A stretch of DNA of 64,000 nt from Methylophagaceae bacterium (GCA_048595405.1 JBJPGB010000051.1:8551-72550), one strand, 5' to 3'. Shown: positions 28,580 to 38,731, numbered from the stretch's first letter. Notes: generated by a model from the letters alone, not told the origin. A program made the numbers and translations.

Positions 28580-29458
28580 CTATGTTATTGCTTGCCCCAT
28601 TTTAAGACTATCTCCTGCCACCAATTGTTCTAGAAATAAAGTCGCCTGTTCCGGTAACAAGATCACCACAGTAGAGCCCATATTAAACCGTCCCATCTCC
28701 TCACCTTTCTCGATAGTTATTGCTTGTTCATCCTGATATGTCCAATGCTGTATTTCTTTTCCATAAGGTGGGGTAATTTGTCCAGACCAGACTGTTTCCA
28801 TGCTGCCCACAAAGATTGCCCCCACCAGCACCAGCACCATTGGCCCCTGCTGTGTTTCAAACACAGTGACAATACGTTCATTACGTGCAAATAGATTGGG
28901 GACTGTACGTGCAGTGCGCGGACTGACTGAAAATAGTTTCCCGGGGATATAACACATTTTCTGTAACTTACCTGTCAACGGCATATGGATACGGTGATAA
29001 TCTCTGGGTGATAAATAAATAGTTGCAAACTGTCCTTGTTGAAACTGCTCAGCTAATGTTTGGTCACCACCTAATAGTTCTAATACGCTGTAGTGTCGGC
29101 CTTTTGCTTGTACAATTTGGCCTGAATCTATTTTTCCTAATTGACTGATAGCTCCATCTACTGGCGAGACAACAACATTCTCATCAGCCGCTATTGGCCG
29201 TATTCCAGATTGTAAAGCGCGAGTAAAAAAAGCATTAAAACTGGGATATGCATTTAAATCAGTTTGCTGTGCTTCGGTAATATTGACTTGGTAGTTTTTA
29301 ATGATAAATTTAATGAATAGATTCTTAAACCACACGGCCTGACAACGAGTGAGCCTATACATCATCATCGAAAAAAAATGATGAGGTATTAAATATTGGG
29401 GCAATGTGGCGATACTATCCCACCACGTTTGAGGCTTATTTTGTTGCTTATTCATCAC
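28580..29458 (-). CDS. psd: phosphatidylserine decarboxylase proenzyme
   Basis: Length and colinearity match Psd. The self-cleavage motif is present as FNMGSTVV (the LGST-type site). Confidence 0.92.
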   Translation of the reverse strand: MMNKQQNKPQTWWDSIATLPQYLIPHHFFSMMMYRLTRCQAVWFKNLFIKFIIKNYQVNITEAQQTDLNAYPSFNAFFTRALQSGIRPIAADENVVVSPVDGAISQLGKIDSGQIVQAKGRHYSVLELLGGDQTLAEQFQQGQFATIYLSPRDYHRIHMPLTGKLQKMCYIPGKLFSVSPRTARTVPNLFARNERIVTVFETQQGPMVLVLVGAIFVGSMETVWSGQITPPYGKEIQHWTYQDEQAITIEKGEEMGRFNMGSTVVILLPEQATLFLEQLVAGDSLKMGQAIT

Positions 29459-29549
29459 TTAGTTACTTTTTCTCTTTCATCGCTCGGATAAGCTTGTCAT
29501 AATTCTAACTGAACACAGTTATTCACTCATAACAAGGAGTATATCAAGC

Positions 29550-29972
29550 ATGCACCGCTCTCTTTTAAATTTACTAGCTCTGACCTTGCTAAGTTTGTCA
29601 TTATTTTCATTGCCAATATGGGCTGGAGATGATGAGTCAACGTCTCCACAGGCTCTTTATTATAAATTCCCAGAGCCTATCACTATCAATTTTCAACGGC
29701 AAAGCAAAAAAGAAATGCGACTATTACAGGTTAAAATCGCTTTAATGTCTTACGACCAAGACATTATTGACAATGCCTCGCGTAATTTGCCAATGTTGCA
29801 TGATAGTTTACGCACATTATTCACCGAACAAACGATGGAATCTGTTAGTACTGTGACTGGCAGAAAAGAAATTCAATCAACGGCTTTATCAACACTCAAA
29901 ACGATCTTTAAAGAAGAAACAGGAAAAGACAGCCTTGAAGCCGTCTATTTCACTAGTTTTATTATGCAATAA
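29550..29972 (+). CDS. FliL-like protein, short paralog lacking the cytoplasmic N-terminus
   Basis: A hydrophobic N-terminus followed directly by the FliL core (YYKFPEPITINF...LLQVKIAL...EAVYFTSFIMQ). It aligns along the whole length with the next gene. Confidence 0.7.
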   Translation: MHRSLLNLLALTLLSLSLFSLPIWAGDDESTSPQALYYKFPEPITINFQRQSKKEMRLLQVKIALMSYDQDIIDNASRNLPMLHDSLRTLFTEQTMESVSTVTGRKEIQSTALSTLKTIFKEETGKDSLEAVYFTSFIMQ

Positions 29973-30025
29973 ATCGGCATACTAATTGCTAACAACATTA
30001 ACAACTAAGAATAGGATCCATTCTA

Positions 30026-30535
30026 ATGGCTGAACAACAAGACGATATTGAGGTTACTGAAGGCGATGGTGGTGGTGGAAAATCAAAACTACTTATCATC
30101 GTTATTGCCGTATTGGTACTTGCCCTTGCAGGAGTCGGTGCTATGTTATTGTTAGGCGGTGATGATGAAGCAGCATCTGATGACGAAGCCGCAGAAGTCA
30201 TGCCTGCCAAGGCGCCCGCCATTTATTACACTGTTGAAACACCCTTTAATATCAATTTTTCCAAGCAAAGCAATAATGAAGTTCGGTTTTTGCAGGTTAA
30301 ATTAAAAGTCATGGCGCGTGACCAACTCATTATTGATGCGTTCAAATTACACCTTCCTGCTATTCAGCATGAATTACTTTTATTATTCTACGGTCAAAAA
30401 TATGACGATCTCAATTCTGCTGGTACTAAAGCATTACAACAAGCAGTACTTGCTAAAGCGAATCAGGTGCTGAAAGCCGAACAAATAGAAGATGGTTTAG
30501 AAGCCATCTATTTCACTAGTTTTTTGATGCAATAA
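30026..30535 (+). CDS. fliL: flagellar basal-body-associated protein FliL
   Basis: Acidic cytoplasmic N-terminus, a single TM segment and the FliL core (IYYTVETPFNINF..FLQVKLKV..EAIYFTSFLMQ). It sits immediately upstream of fliM. Confidence 0.8.
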   Translation: MAEQQDDIEVTEGDGGGGKSKLLIIVIAVLVLALAGVGAMLLLGGDDEAASDDEAAEVMPAKAPAIYYTVETPFNINFSKQSNNEVRFLQVKLKVMARDQLIIDAFKLHLPAIQHELLLLFYGQKYDDLNSAGTKALQQAVLAKANQVLKAEQIEDGLEAIYFTSFLMQ

Positions 30536-30539
30536 TATT

Positions 30540-31553
30540 ATGGCCGTTCACGATATACTTTCACAAGACGAAGTCGATGCCTTATTAACAGGCATGGATG
30601 GCGGCGAAATTGAAACTGAAGTTGATGATATAGATAGTACAGAGGCGAGATCTTACAACTTTGGTAACGAAGATCGCATTATTCGTGGGCGAATGCCCAC
30701 CTTAGAGATGATCAACGAACGGTTTGGTCGCCATCTTCGAATTAGCCTATTTAATATGCTACGACGCTCTGCTGAAATATCAATTAGTGGTATTCAGATC
30801 TTAAAATTCTCTGAATATGTGCATACCCTTTTTGTCCCCACCAGCCTTAATCTTATTAATCTAAACCCATTGCGTGGTACTGGTTTAATTGTATTTGAAC
30901 CTAATTTAGTCTTTAGTATCCTCGATAACTACTTCGGTGGTGAAGGCCGTTTTCAGGCGCGTATTGAGGGACGTGAATTCACTTCTACTGAATTACGTGT
31001 CATTCATATGCTGCTTTTATTATGCTTTAAAGATTTAGATGAAGCATGGTCACCGATCATGCCGGCAGAGTTTAAGTTCATTAATCATGAGGTTAATCCT
31101 CAATTTGCCAATATTGTGAGCCCTAGTGAAGTTGTGGTGGTATCCACTTTCCATATTGAACTAGATGGCGGCGGCGGTGACATGCACATTACACTGCCTT
31201 ATTCCATGCTAGAACCCATTCGTGATTTATTAGATACCGGATTACAAAGTGATCGTTCTGGAGATGATGACCGTTGGCCTACGGCATTAAAAGATGAATT
31301 ATTAGTGGCAGATGTCAATATGTCTGCTGAATTAATCGATATTGACATGACGTTACGCCAAGTGTTGAATTTAAAACCTGGTGATATTTTGCCTATTGAT
31401 ATGCCTGAAACTGTTGTGGCTAGTGTTGAAGATATTCCCATGTTTCATGCCACTTATGGCGAACATAAAGATAAGGCTGCATTAAAAATTACTGACATGA
31501 TTGAACATCCTGTTGATGCAACACCAATATTTGAGCTGCAAAAGAGTGAATAA
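30540..31553 (+). CDS. fliM: flagellar motor switch protein FliM
   Basis: N-terminal LSQDEVDALL CheY-P-binding motif, 337 aa, position between fliL and fliN. Confidence 0.93.
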   Translation: MAVHDILSQDEVDALLTGMDGGEIETEVDDIDSTEARSYNFGNEDRIIRGRMPTLEMINERFGRHLRISLFNMLRRSAEISISGIQILKFSEYVHTLFVPTSLNLINLNPLRGTGLIVFEPNLVFSILDNYFGGEGRFQARIEGREFTSTELRVIHMLLLLCFKDLDEAWSPIMPAEFKFINHEVNPQFANIVSPSEVVVVSTFHIELDGGGGDMHITLPYSMLEPIRDLLDTGLQSDRSGDDDRWPTALKDELLVADVNMSAELIDIDMTLRQVLNLKPGDILPIDMPETVVASVEDIPMFHATYGEHKDKAALKITDMIEHPVDATPIFELQKSE

Positions 31554-31555
31554 TT

Positions 31556-32032
31556 ATGAGTGAAGAAGAAATACAAACAGATCAAGAGACTACCGATGAA
31601 TGGGCAGAGGCCTTGGAAGAGCAAGCTGATGGCGAAACTGAAACTAAAGGTGAAGGTGAAGCCGAAGCCGACCCATGGGCAGAAGCCTTAGAAGAACAAG
31701 CGGATGGTGAAACAGCACAAACTGCTCCCGCTGCCCAGCTTAGTGATGATTCAGCGCCTGCAATGAATGTGGATATGAATCTTGATATGGTATTGGATCT
31801 ACCCGTCACCATATCAATGGAAATTGGCCGCACCAAAATGAACATTCGCAATCTATTGCAACTAAGCCAAGGCTCAGTAGTTGAACTAGATCGTCTGGCA
31901 GGAGAGCCAATGGATGTTCTTGTTAATGAAACATTAATTGCTCATGGTGAAGTAGTGGTAGTTAATGACAAATTTGGTATTCGATTAACCGATGTTATCA
32001 GTGCCGATGAACGCATTAAAAAACTAAGATAA
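31556..32032 (+). CDS. fliN: flagellar motor switch protein FliN with an extended acidic N-terminus
   Basis: C-terminal SpoA domain (LDLPVTISMEIGRTKMNIRNLLQL..GSVVELD...VVVVNDKFGIRLTDV). Confidence 0.9.
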   Translation: MSEEEIQTDQETTDEWAEALEEQADGETETKGEGEAEADPWAEALEEQADGETAQTAPAAQLSDDSAPAMNVDMNLDMVLDLPVTISMEIGRTKMNIRNLLQLSQGSVVELDRLAGEPMDVLVNETLIAHGEVVVVNDKFGIRLTDVISADERIKKLR

Positions 32033-32481
32033 TGAAGACCATCATTACCCTTTTTTACGGCTTAAACTTATGGCTTATTTCTAGCATTTGTTTTGCAGCT
32101 GAAACGACTGAAAAGATAAGTTCAGCTAAAACATTAACGACATCTCCTATCAGCTCAGGTGCATTGCTTGAAACATTTTTTGGATTAGTTCTGGTATTAA
32201 TTACCATTGCCTTTTTAGCTTGGCTATTGCGTCGTACTAACCGTTTTCAAGCAACGGCTAATGGGGAAATGAAAATTATTGCAGGATTGCCATTAGGAAC
32301 ACGGGAACGCGCACTACTGCTTCAAGTAGGTGAACAACAAATTTTAGTTGGCGTGACCGCACAACAAATTCAAACGTTGCTTGTTCTTGAAAAACCGATT
32401 CACACTGACAATGCAACAACGACGCCCAGTAAGTTTGCTGAAAAACTACAACAAATGATGCAAAAACAACAATCATCATGA
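32032..32481 (+). CDS. fliO: flagellar biosynthesis protein FliO
   Basis: Single TM segment, the [19 protein letters not shown] motif, and position between fliN and fliP. Confidence 0.75.
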   Translation: MKTIITLFYGLNLWLISSICFAAETTEKISSAKTLTTSPISSGALLETFFGLVLVLITIAFLAWLLRRTNRFQATANGEMKIIAGLPLGTRERALLLQVGEQQILVGVTAQQIQTLLVLEKPIHTDNATTTPSKFAEKLQQMMQKQQSS

Positions 32482-33215
32482 TTCGCAGTCTTATCACATT
32501 ATTATTACTGTTTATGCCTGCTTTAGCTTTTGCTGAACCAGGTATACCGGCTATAACGGTTGCTACTGGTGAGGATGGCGGTCAAAGTTATACTGTCACT
32601 TTGCAAATTCTTGCATTAATGACGGTGCTAACGTTATTACCAGCAGCGTTAATGATGATGACCTCATTTACACGTATTGTTATCGTGCTTGCCATACTGC
32701 GGCAGGCAATGGGTATTCAGCAGACACCGTCTAATCAAGTGCTGGTAGGGCTCGCATTATTTTTAACTTTTTTTATTATGCATCCGGTCTTTAATACAGC
32801 CTATCTTGATGGGGTTAAACCCTATATGGATGGTGAAATTGGCGTCACCACTGCTATTGAACAATCTGCTCAGCCCTTTAGAGTGTTTATGCTGTCTCAA
32901 ACCCGGGAAAGTGATCTTGAGTTTTTTGCCAATATCGCTGCTCATCCTGAATTGGATACCGCACAAGATGTTCCATTTCGGCTATTGTTACCGGCCTTTG
33001 TAACCAGTGAACTTAAAACGGCTTTCCAAATAGGCTTTATCATTTTTATCCCATTTTTAATTATCGATCTGGTGGTGGCGAGTGTATTGATGGCGATGGG
33101 TATGATGATGTTGCCTCCCATCATTATTTCACTGCCTTTTAAACTGATGTTGTTTGTATTAATTGATGGTTGGATCCTGATAATGGGCACTTTAGCTTCA
33201 AGCTTTTATGTCTAA
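32478..33215 (+). CDS. fliP: flagellar export apparatus protein FliP
   Basis: Conserved [18 protein letters not shown] and PAF..SELK.AF.IGF motifs. Confidence 0.95.
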   Translation: MIRSLITLLLLFMPALAFAEPGIPAITVATGEDGGQSYTVTLQILALMTVLTLLPAALMMMTSFTRIVIVLAILRQAMGIQQTPSNQVLVGLALFLTFFIMHPVFNTAYLDGVKPYMDGEIGVTTAIEQSAQPFRVFMLSQTRESDLEFFANIAAHPELDTAQDVPFRLLLPAFVTSELKTAFQIGFIIFIPFLIIDLVVASVLMAMGMMMLPPIIISLPFKLMLFVLIDGWILIMGTLASSFYV

Positions 33216-33236
33216 AAATAAGACAGGAGAGAAATC

Positions 33237-33506
33237 ATGACACCTGAAACAGTCTTAACCATCATGCAACAAACCTTGCAAATCATCACCATTATGATCG
33301 CAATAATCTTATTGCCAGCATTATTTGTTGGTTTAATCGTTAGCATGTTTCAAGCGGCCACCTCGATCAATGAACAAACTCTTTCTTTTATCCCAAAACT
33401 ATTAGTCACCATTCTTGTTTTAGTTATCGCAGGCCCATGGATGTTAAGTTTAATCACTGGTTATGCTCGACGACTTTTTGAAGACATCCCCTTTCTTATC
33501 GGCTAG
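33237..33506 (+). CDS. fliQ: flagellar export apparatus protein FliQ
   Basis: 89 aa with two TM segments and the motif QAATSINEQTLSFIPK. Confidence 0.93.
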   Translation: MTPETVLTIMQQTLQIITIMIAIILLPALFVGLIVSMFQAATSINEQTLSFIPKLLVTILVLVIAGPWMLSLITGYARRLFEDIPFLIG

Positions 33507-33508
33507 CC

Positions 33509-34291
33509 ATGCAGTTCACTGTTGCTGAAATCACCGGATTAATTGGCAGTTATATTTGGCCTTTTTTTCGTATCGCGGCCCTGATAATGGCTGCACCTAT
33601 TTTCAGCAGTAATTTTATCTCTGTCCGTAGCCGATTATTAGTCGCTCTCGCTATTAGCATTGTTATCGTCCCTGCCATTCCAAATCTAGCACCTGCCGTC
33701 GATCCACTGAGTGGTACTGGTTTACTCATTGTGACTCATCAAATTCTGATTGGGGCCTGTATGGGCTTTATGTTACAAATGATGTTTAACGCCTTTATCA
33801 TTGCAGGACAAGTCAGCGCCATGCAAATGGGGCTTGGCTTTGCCTCAATAGCTGATCCACAAAATGGCGTGACCATACCCGTTATTAGCCAATTTTATTT
33901 GGTCTTTGTCACTTTGGTTTTTCTGAGTATCGACGGCCACTTGATATTGCTTCATATCCTGTCTGAAAGTTTTGTCACTCTCCCGGTATCTGCATCGGGC
34001 CTACCTTATACTAGTTTTTATGATTTGGTCGCACAGGGCAGTTGGATGTTTGCCGCAGGTGTATTAATCGCCTTACCTTCCATTGGATCGTTGCTTATGG
34101 TGAACCTGACCTTTGGCATCATGTCTCGGGCGGCACCTCAAATTAGTCCGTTTTCAATCGGGTTCCCCATGACGATCACGCTAGGTTTTGTCATTATGTT
34201 TGTCACTCTATCTAATGTCTCCGTACATTTAGTCAATCTGACAGATGAGATGTTACAAATGATTCGGTTACTGGTGATGCCAAATGGCTGA
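33509..34291 (+). CDS. fliR: flagellar export apparatus protein FliR
   Basis: 260-aa polytopic protein in the conserved position, with the RAAPQ.. motif. Confidence 0.9.
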   Translation: MQFTVAEITGLIGSYIWPFFRIAALIMAAPIFSSNFISVRSRLLVALAISIVIVPAIPNLAPAVDPLSGTGLLIVTHQILIGACMGFMLQMMFNAFIIAGQVSAMQMGLGFASIADPQNGVTIPVISQFYLVFVTLVFLSIDGHLILLHILSESFVTLPVSASGLPYTSFYDLVAQGSWMFAAGVLIALPSIGSLLMVNLTFGIMSRAAPQISPFSIGFPMTITLGFVIMFVTLSNVSVHLVNLTDEMLQMIRLLVMPNG

Positions 34292-35420
34292 AGAATCATC
34301 CGCCCAAGATAAAACGGAGCAGCCGTCACCTAAGAAATTAAGTGATGCCAGAGAAAAAGGCCAAGTTCCTCGTTCTAAAGAATTCACCACTGTTATCGTA
34401 TTGATTACCAGTGCCATCGCGATGATGTTTGTTGGTTCAAATATTGTGGCAAGCATTACTGATGTGATGAAAGATTCATTTAGTTTTGATCGCCAACAAG
34501 CATTTGATCCTGAGGCAATGGCCAATCATTTTTTAAACTCTATACAGGCTGTTTCTTTTGATGTTGGTGTATTTTTAGCCACCACGGTATTGGCCGCACT
34601 GATTGCGCCTGCCAGTATCGGTGGCTGGAATTTCTCCATTCAAGCAATGGGGGTCAAATTGGATAAGCTTGATCCCATTAAAGGCATGAAAAGAATATTT
34701 GGCCCACAAGGTTTGGTAGAACTCGCTAAAGCACTCGGCAAATTTTTACTGGTTGGTATTATTTCAACGCTAATTTTATGGAATCTACGTGACCGATTAT
34801 TGACGCTGGGCCAACAAGAAGTTGAAGTTGCCATGTCAGCCTTAGGTTCGTTAATACTGTGGGTATTTCTAGCTATTTCATCAAGCTTAATTCTAATCGC
34901 CTTAATTGATGTGCCGTTTCAACACTGGAACCATAACAGACAACTTAAGATGACTAAGCAAGAAGTCAAAGATGAAATGAAGCAAACTGATGGTAATCCT
35001 GAAGTAAAAGGCCGCATTAGACGGTTGCAAGTTGAGCTCTCACAACAGCGTATGATGCAAGAGGTGCCAGAGGCTGACGTCATTATTACCAACCCTACTC
35101 ATTATGCTATCGCGATACGTTATGACCAAACAGGTAGTGGTGCGCCATTAGTTGTTGCTAAGGGTTCAGACCTTATTGCTCAACAAATTCGCACCGTCGG
35201 CGAAGCCAATGAAGTGCCTATTTTATTAGCACCGCCACTGACTCGTGCCATCTATTTTAGTACTGAATTAGGCCAAGAAATTCCATCTGGTCTATATATT
35301 GCAGTAGCCCAAGTGTTAGCGTTTGTCTTCCAGTTGCGTCGCTATAATAACCGAGGTGGTAATAAGCCTAAACTCGACACGGAGGACCTGCCAATACCAG
35401 ATGAATTAAAACGAGATTAA
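34284..35420 (+). CDS. flhB: flagellar export switch protein FlhB
   Basis: N-terminal ..EQPSPKKL..AREKGQVPRSKE and the autocleavage site NPTHYA. Confidence 0.93.
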   Translation: MAEESSAQDKTEQPSPKKLSDAREKGQVPRSKEFTTVIVLITSAIAMMFVGSNIVASITDVMKDSFSFDRQQAFDPEAMANHFLNSIQAVSFDVGVFLATTVLAALIAPASIGGWNFSIQAMGVKLDKLDPIKGMKRIFGPQGLVELAKALGKFLLVGIISTLILWNLRDRLLTLGQQEVEVAMSALGSLILWVFLAISSSLILIALIDVPFQHWNHNRQLKMTKQEVKDEMKQTDGNPEVKGRIRRLQVELSQQRMMQEVPEADVIITNPTHYAIAIRYDQTGSGAPLVVAKGSDLIAQQIRTVGEANEVPILLAPPLTRAIYFSTELGQEIPSGLYIAVAQVLAFVFQLRRYNNRGGNKPKLDTEDLPIPDELKRD

Positions 35421-35426
35421 AGATAG

Positions 35427-37508
35427 ATGGAAACAAATGATCCCATTGCACGATTGAAATCAATGGTCACCGGCAATTTTGTTGCACCGATGGTCTTAGT
35501 GGCATTGCTTGCCATGGTCGTGCTTCCTCTACCTGCATTTATGCTGGATTTATTATTCAGCTTTAATATCGCTCTTTCGCTCACTATTATGCTTGCCAGC
35601 ATATATGTGCTCAAGCCACTACACTTCGCCTCTTTCCCAAGTATTTTACTGATAGCCACATTATTGCGCTTAGCACTAAATGTTGCTTCAACACGAATTG
35701 TATTGTTGGAAGGCCACACCGGTACTGCTGCTGCAGGTAATGTTATTGAGGCATTTGGTGAATTTGTAATTGGTGGTAATTATACTGTCGGTTTTGTGGT
35801 GTTCGCAATTCTGGTCATCGTCAACTTTGTGGTTGTTACCAAAGGTGCAACACGTATTGCCGAGGTCAGTGCTCGTTTTACATTAGATTCCATGCCGGGT
35901 AAGCAAATGGCTATTGATGCCGATCTTAATGCTGGTTTGATTGATCAGGATGAAGCCCGAAGTCGACGCGATGAAATCATGCAAGAAGCAGACTTTTACG
36001 GTTCGATGGATGGTGCTAGTAAGTTTGTTCGTGGTGATGCTATTGCCGGTATTTTGATTCTATTTATCAATCTCATTGGTGGACTGATTATCGGTGTTGT
36101 ACAACACGATTTAAGTTTTGCTGATGCCGCCCATAATTACACCCTATTAACTATTGGCGATGGTTTAGTGGCACAAATTCCCTCATTATTGCTTGCTGCG
36201 GCCGCAGGTTTACTTGTTACCCGCACCACTAAAGAACAGGATATGGGCGAACAAATTGTTGGGCAATTATTTAAAGATCCAAAAACACTTGTTGCGACTT
36301 CTGCCATTATTGGCGGGATGGGAATTATCCCTGGCATGCCTAATGTTCCGTTTCTTACTTTAGCTGCCGCTGGTGCTGCTGGATCTTGGATGTTAATACA
36401 GCGTCAAAAAGCTGCCGAGGCCGCTATTAGACAACAACCACAAAAAGCTGAAACGCCACCAGAATTGAAAGAGCTTGGTTGGGATGATCTTAGCCCTGTC
36501 GATCCGATTGGCTTAGAAATTGGTTATCGACTTATTCCTTTAGTTGATAAAAACCAAGGTGGCCAATTAATGAGCCGAATCAAAGGGATCCGTAAAAAGA
36601 TATCGCAAGAATTAGGGTTTTTAATTCCTCCTGTTCATATCCGTGACAATCTTGATTTATCACCAACGGCTTACCAAATTACGCTATTTGGAGTCACCTT
36701 TGGTGAGGCTGAAATTCATCCTGATCGCATGATGGCTATCAATCCGGGTCAAGTATTTGGCGAATTAGACGGTATTAAAGGCAAGGATCCTGCTTTTGGC
36801 CTAGATGCGGTATGGATTGAAGCCAATCAACGAGAACATGCTCAAGCACAAGGCTATACTGTCGTGGATGTCGATACTGTCATTGCCACCCATATCAGCA
36901 AAATATTACAAAATCACGCACATGATCTATTAGGCCGTGAAGAAGTACAGCAACTGCTTGATAACCTATCAAAAACAGCACCAAAACTAGTCGAAGGACT
37001 GGTGCCTGATACGATTCCTCTCGGTGGGGTTCAAAAAGTCCTACAAAACTTATTAGAAGAAAATATACCTGTTCGTGATATCCGCACCATTATTGAATCG
37101 ATATCAGAACAAGCGGTAAATAACCCTGATCCTGAAGTCATTACTGCCTCAACACGAATGGCATTAAGCCACTCCATTGTGCAACACGTGAATGGCATTC
37201 AAGCAGATCTCCCTATCATCACATTAGATCCAGAGCTGGAACAAATATTGCTTCAGACATTACATGCCACCGGTGATGGTGGTGCCAGTTTAGAACCAGG
37301 GCTTGCAGAGAATATGCATAAAAATTTAAATGAAGCAGCACAACGACAAGAAATGGCTGGTGAGTCATCCATCCTTGTTGTTCAGGCAGGATTACGTACT
37401 TGGATTTCACGCTTTATTCGTCATTCAATACCGAGTCTGAACGTGCTGTCTTACAACGAGATACCCGATAACAAACAAATTAGAATTGTGGCTAACGTTG
37501 GTCGTTAG
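35427..37508 (+). CDS. flhA: flagellar export gate protein FlhA
   Basis: 693 aa with the FHIPEP region (RIAEVSARFTLDSMPGKQMAIDADL) and the conserved cytoplasmic domain. Confidence 0.95.
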   Translation: METNDPIARLKSMVTGNFVAPMVLVALLAMVVLPLPAFMLDLLFSFNIALSLTIMLASIYVLKPLHFASFPSILLIATLLRLALNVASTRIVLLEGHTGTAAAGNVIEAFGEFVIGGNYTVGFVVFAILVIVNFVVVTKGATRIAEVSARFTLDSMPGKQMAIDADLNAGLIDQDEARSRRDEIMQEADFYGSMDGASKFVRGDAIAGILILFINLIGGLIIGVVQHDLSFADAAHNYTLLTIGDGLVAQIPSLLLAAAAGLLVTRTTKEQDMGEQIVGQLFKDPKTLVATSAIIGGMGIIPGMPNVPFLTLAAAGAAGSWMLIQRQKAAEAAIRQQPQKAETPPELKELGWDDLSPVDPIGLEIGYRLIPLVDKNQGGQLMSRIKGIRKKISQELGFLIPPVHIRDNLDLSPTAYQITLFGVTFGEAEIHPDRMMAINPGQVFGELDGIKGKDPAFGLDAVWIEANQREHAQAQGYTVVDVDTVIATHISKILQNHAHDLLGREEVQQLLDNLSKTAPKLVEGLVPDTIPLGGVQKVLQNLLEENIPVRDIRTIIESISEQAVNNPDPEVITASTRMALSHSIVQHVNGIQADLPIITLDPELEQILLQTLHATGDGGASLEPGLAENMHKNLNEAAQRQEMAGESSILVVQAGLRTWISRFIRHSIPSLNVLSYNEIPDNKQIRIVANVGR

Positions 37509-37525
37509 TTCTAAAGGATACTATT

Positions 37526-38731
37526 ATGAAAATTAAACGATTTCAAGCTGCTGATGTACGTCAAGCTATCCAAGAGGTGAGAGAAGTCTTAGGACCTGAT
37601 GCTGTTATCTTATCGAATACTCGTGTTGATGGTGGTGTTGAGATTGTTGCTGCAACGGACTACGATGAAAAAGAGTTTAAACGCAATTCTCAGCTTGATG
37701 ATAGGCACACAAGCCCGCAACCTCGAGTTGAGATTAATCCATCAATAGAATCTGCTCGACCTATTGCGGCTGAACGTCCACACCCTACACAAAATGTCTG
37801 GTCACAAGAACCCACTTTAGTGCAAATGCGCAAAGAAATTTCAGGCCTAAAAGACATGTTGCAAAACCAAATGTCTGATTTAGCTTGGAAAGACATGGAG
37901 CGCATTAATCCAACACAGGTACAACTATTACAACGCCATTTACAAATGGGTGTTCATGTTGACCTTGCGAAACAAATCACTTCACAAACATCGGCTTCTC
38001 ACGATTTAGAAACTGCTTGGCATCATTCGCTGGGCATTCTTGCAAATCAAATAGAACCCTTAGCTGACGATATCATTAATGATGGTGGTATTTATTCCCT
38101 TGTTGGCCCCACTGGTGTCGGAAAAACTACCACTATTGCAAAAATTGCAGCGCGATGTGCACTTAAACATGGCGCAAAAAATGTTGCATTAATTACCACG
38201 GATTGTTATCGCATTGGCGGCCAAGAACAGCTACGTACTTATGCGCGAATTTTAGGCGTACCTGTTCGTGTCGCCAAAACCCATCAAGAATTACATGATT
38301 CTCTTAATGATCTACTTGATCGCCGCTTTATCCTGATCGATACTGCAGGTATGAATCAACGAGATATGAAACTGACGGAGAAGTTTGCATTGCTGCAAAA
38401 TCAATCTCCACATATTAAAAACTATTTAACTTTGTCTGCAACCACACAAGTTAATGTACTCAATGATATTATTAACGCTTTCTCACATCTTAAATTGAGT
38501 GGCTGTATTTTGACTAAAACAGATGAAGCAAATAGTCTTGGTGGAGCTATCTCTGCAATGATTCGTCATCGCTTACCTCTGGCCTACGTCTGTAATGGTC
38601 AACAAGTACCCGAAGACTTCAGCTTTGCTCTGCCAAATACACTGGTCAAACAGGCAAGTGAATTAAGAAATGAACAACAACTGGATCCGCAAACAGTATC
38701 CAGCTATGGAGGTTTTGCCGCTTATGGCTGA
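37526..38731 (+). CDS. flhF: flagellar placement SRP-type GTPase FlhF
   Basis: MKIKRF.A N-terminus and SRP-GTPase motifs GPTGVGKTTT and DTAG. Confidence 0.9.
   Translation: MKIKRFQAADVRQAIQEVREVLGPDAVILSNTRVDGGVEIVAATDYDEKEFKRNSQLDDRHTSPQPRVEINPSIESARPIAAERPHPTQNVWSQEPTLVQMRKEISGLKDMLQNQMSDLAWKDMERINPTQVQLLQRHLQMGVHVDLAKQITSQTSASHDLETAWHHSLGILANQIEPLADDIINDGGIYSLVGPTGVGKTTTIAKIAARCALKHGAKNVALITTDCYRIGGQEQLRTYARILGVPVRVAKTHQELHDSLNDLLDRRFILIDTAGMNQRDMKLTEKFALLQNQSPHIKNYLTLSATTQVNVLNDIINAFSHLKLSGCILTKTDEANSLGGAISAMIRHRLPLAYVCNGQQVPEDFSFALPNTLVKQASELRNEQQLDPQTVSSYGGFAAYG

Noticed and set aside
29459-29549. A possible sigma-28 promoter (CTCGGATAA resembling GCCGATAA) and a lone TATTCACT half-site upstream of the first fliL paralog.
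   Set aside because: The -10-like word has an inserted base, and no TAAAG-type -35 sits at the right distance. The TetR-operator-like word is only a half-site, with a poor partner (6/9). Either could arise by chance in AT-rich DNA.
29998-30222. A 74-aa minus-strand ORF overlapping the 5' end of fliL.
   Set aside because: It is the antisense reading of the acidic/Gly/Ala-rich FliL N-terminus. The Ser/Ala-rich product has no start context, and the fliL frame is supported by homology.
35417-35719. A 100-aa minus-strand ORF at the flhB/flhA junction.
   Set aside because: It is antisense to the highly conserved FlhA N-terminus, so it is most likely a shadow ORF.
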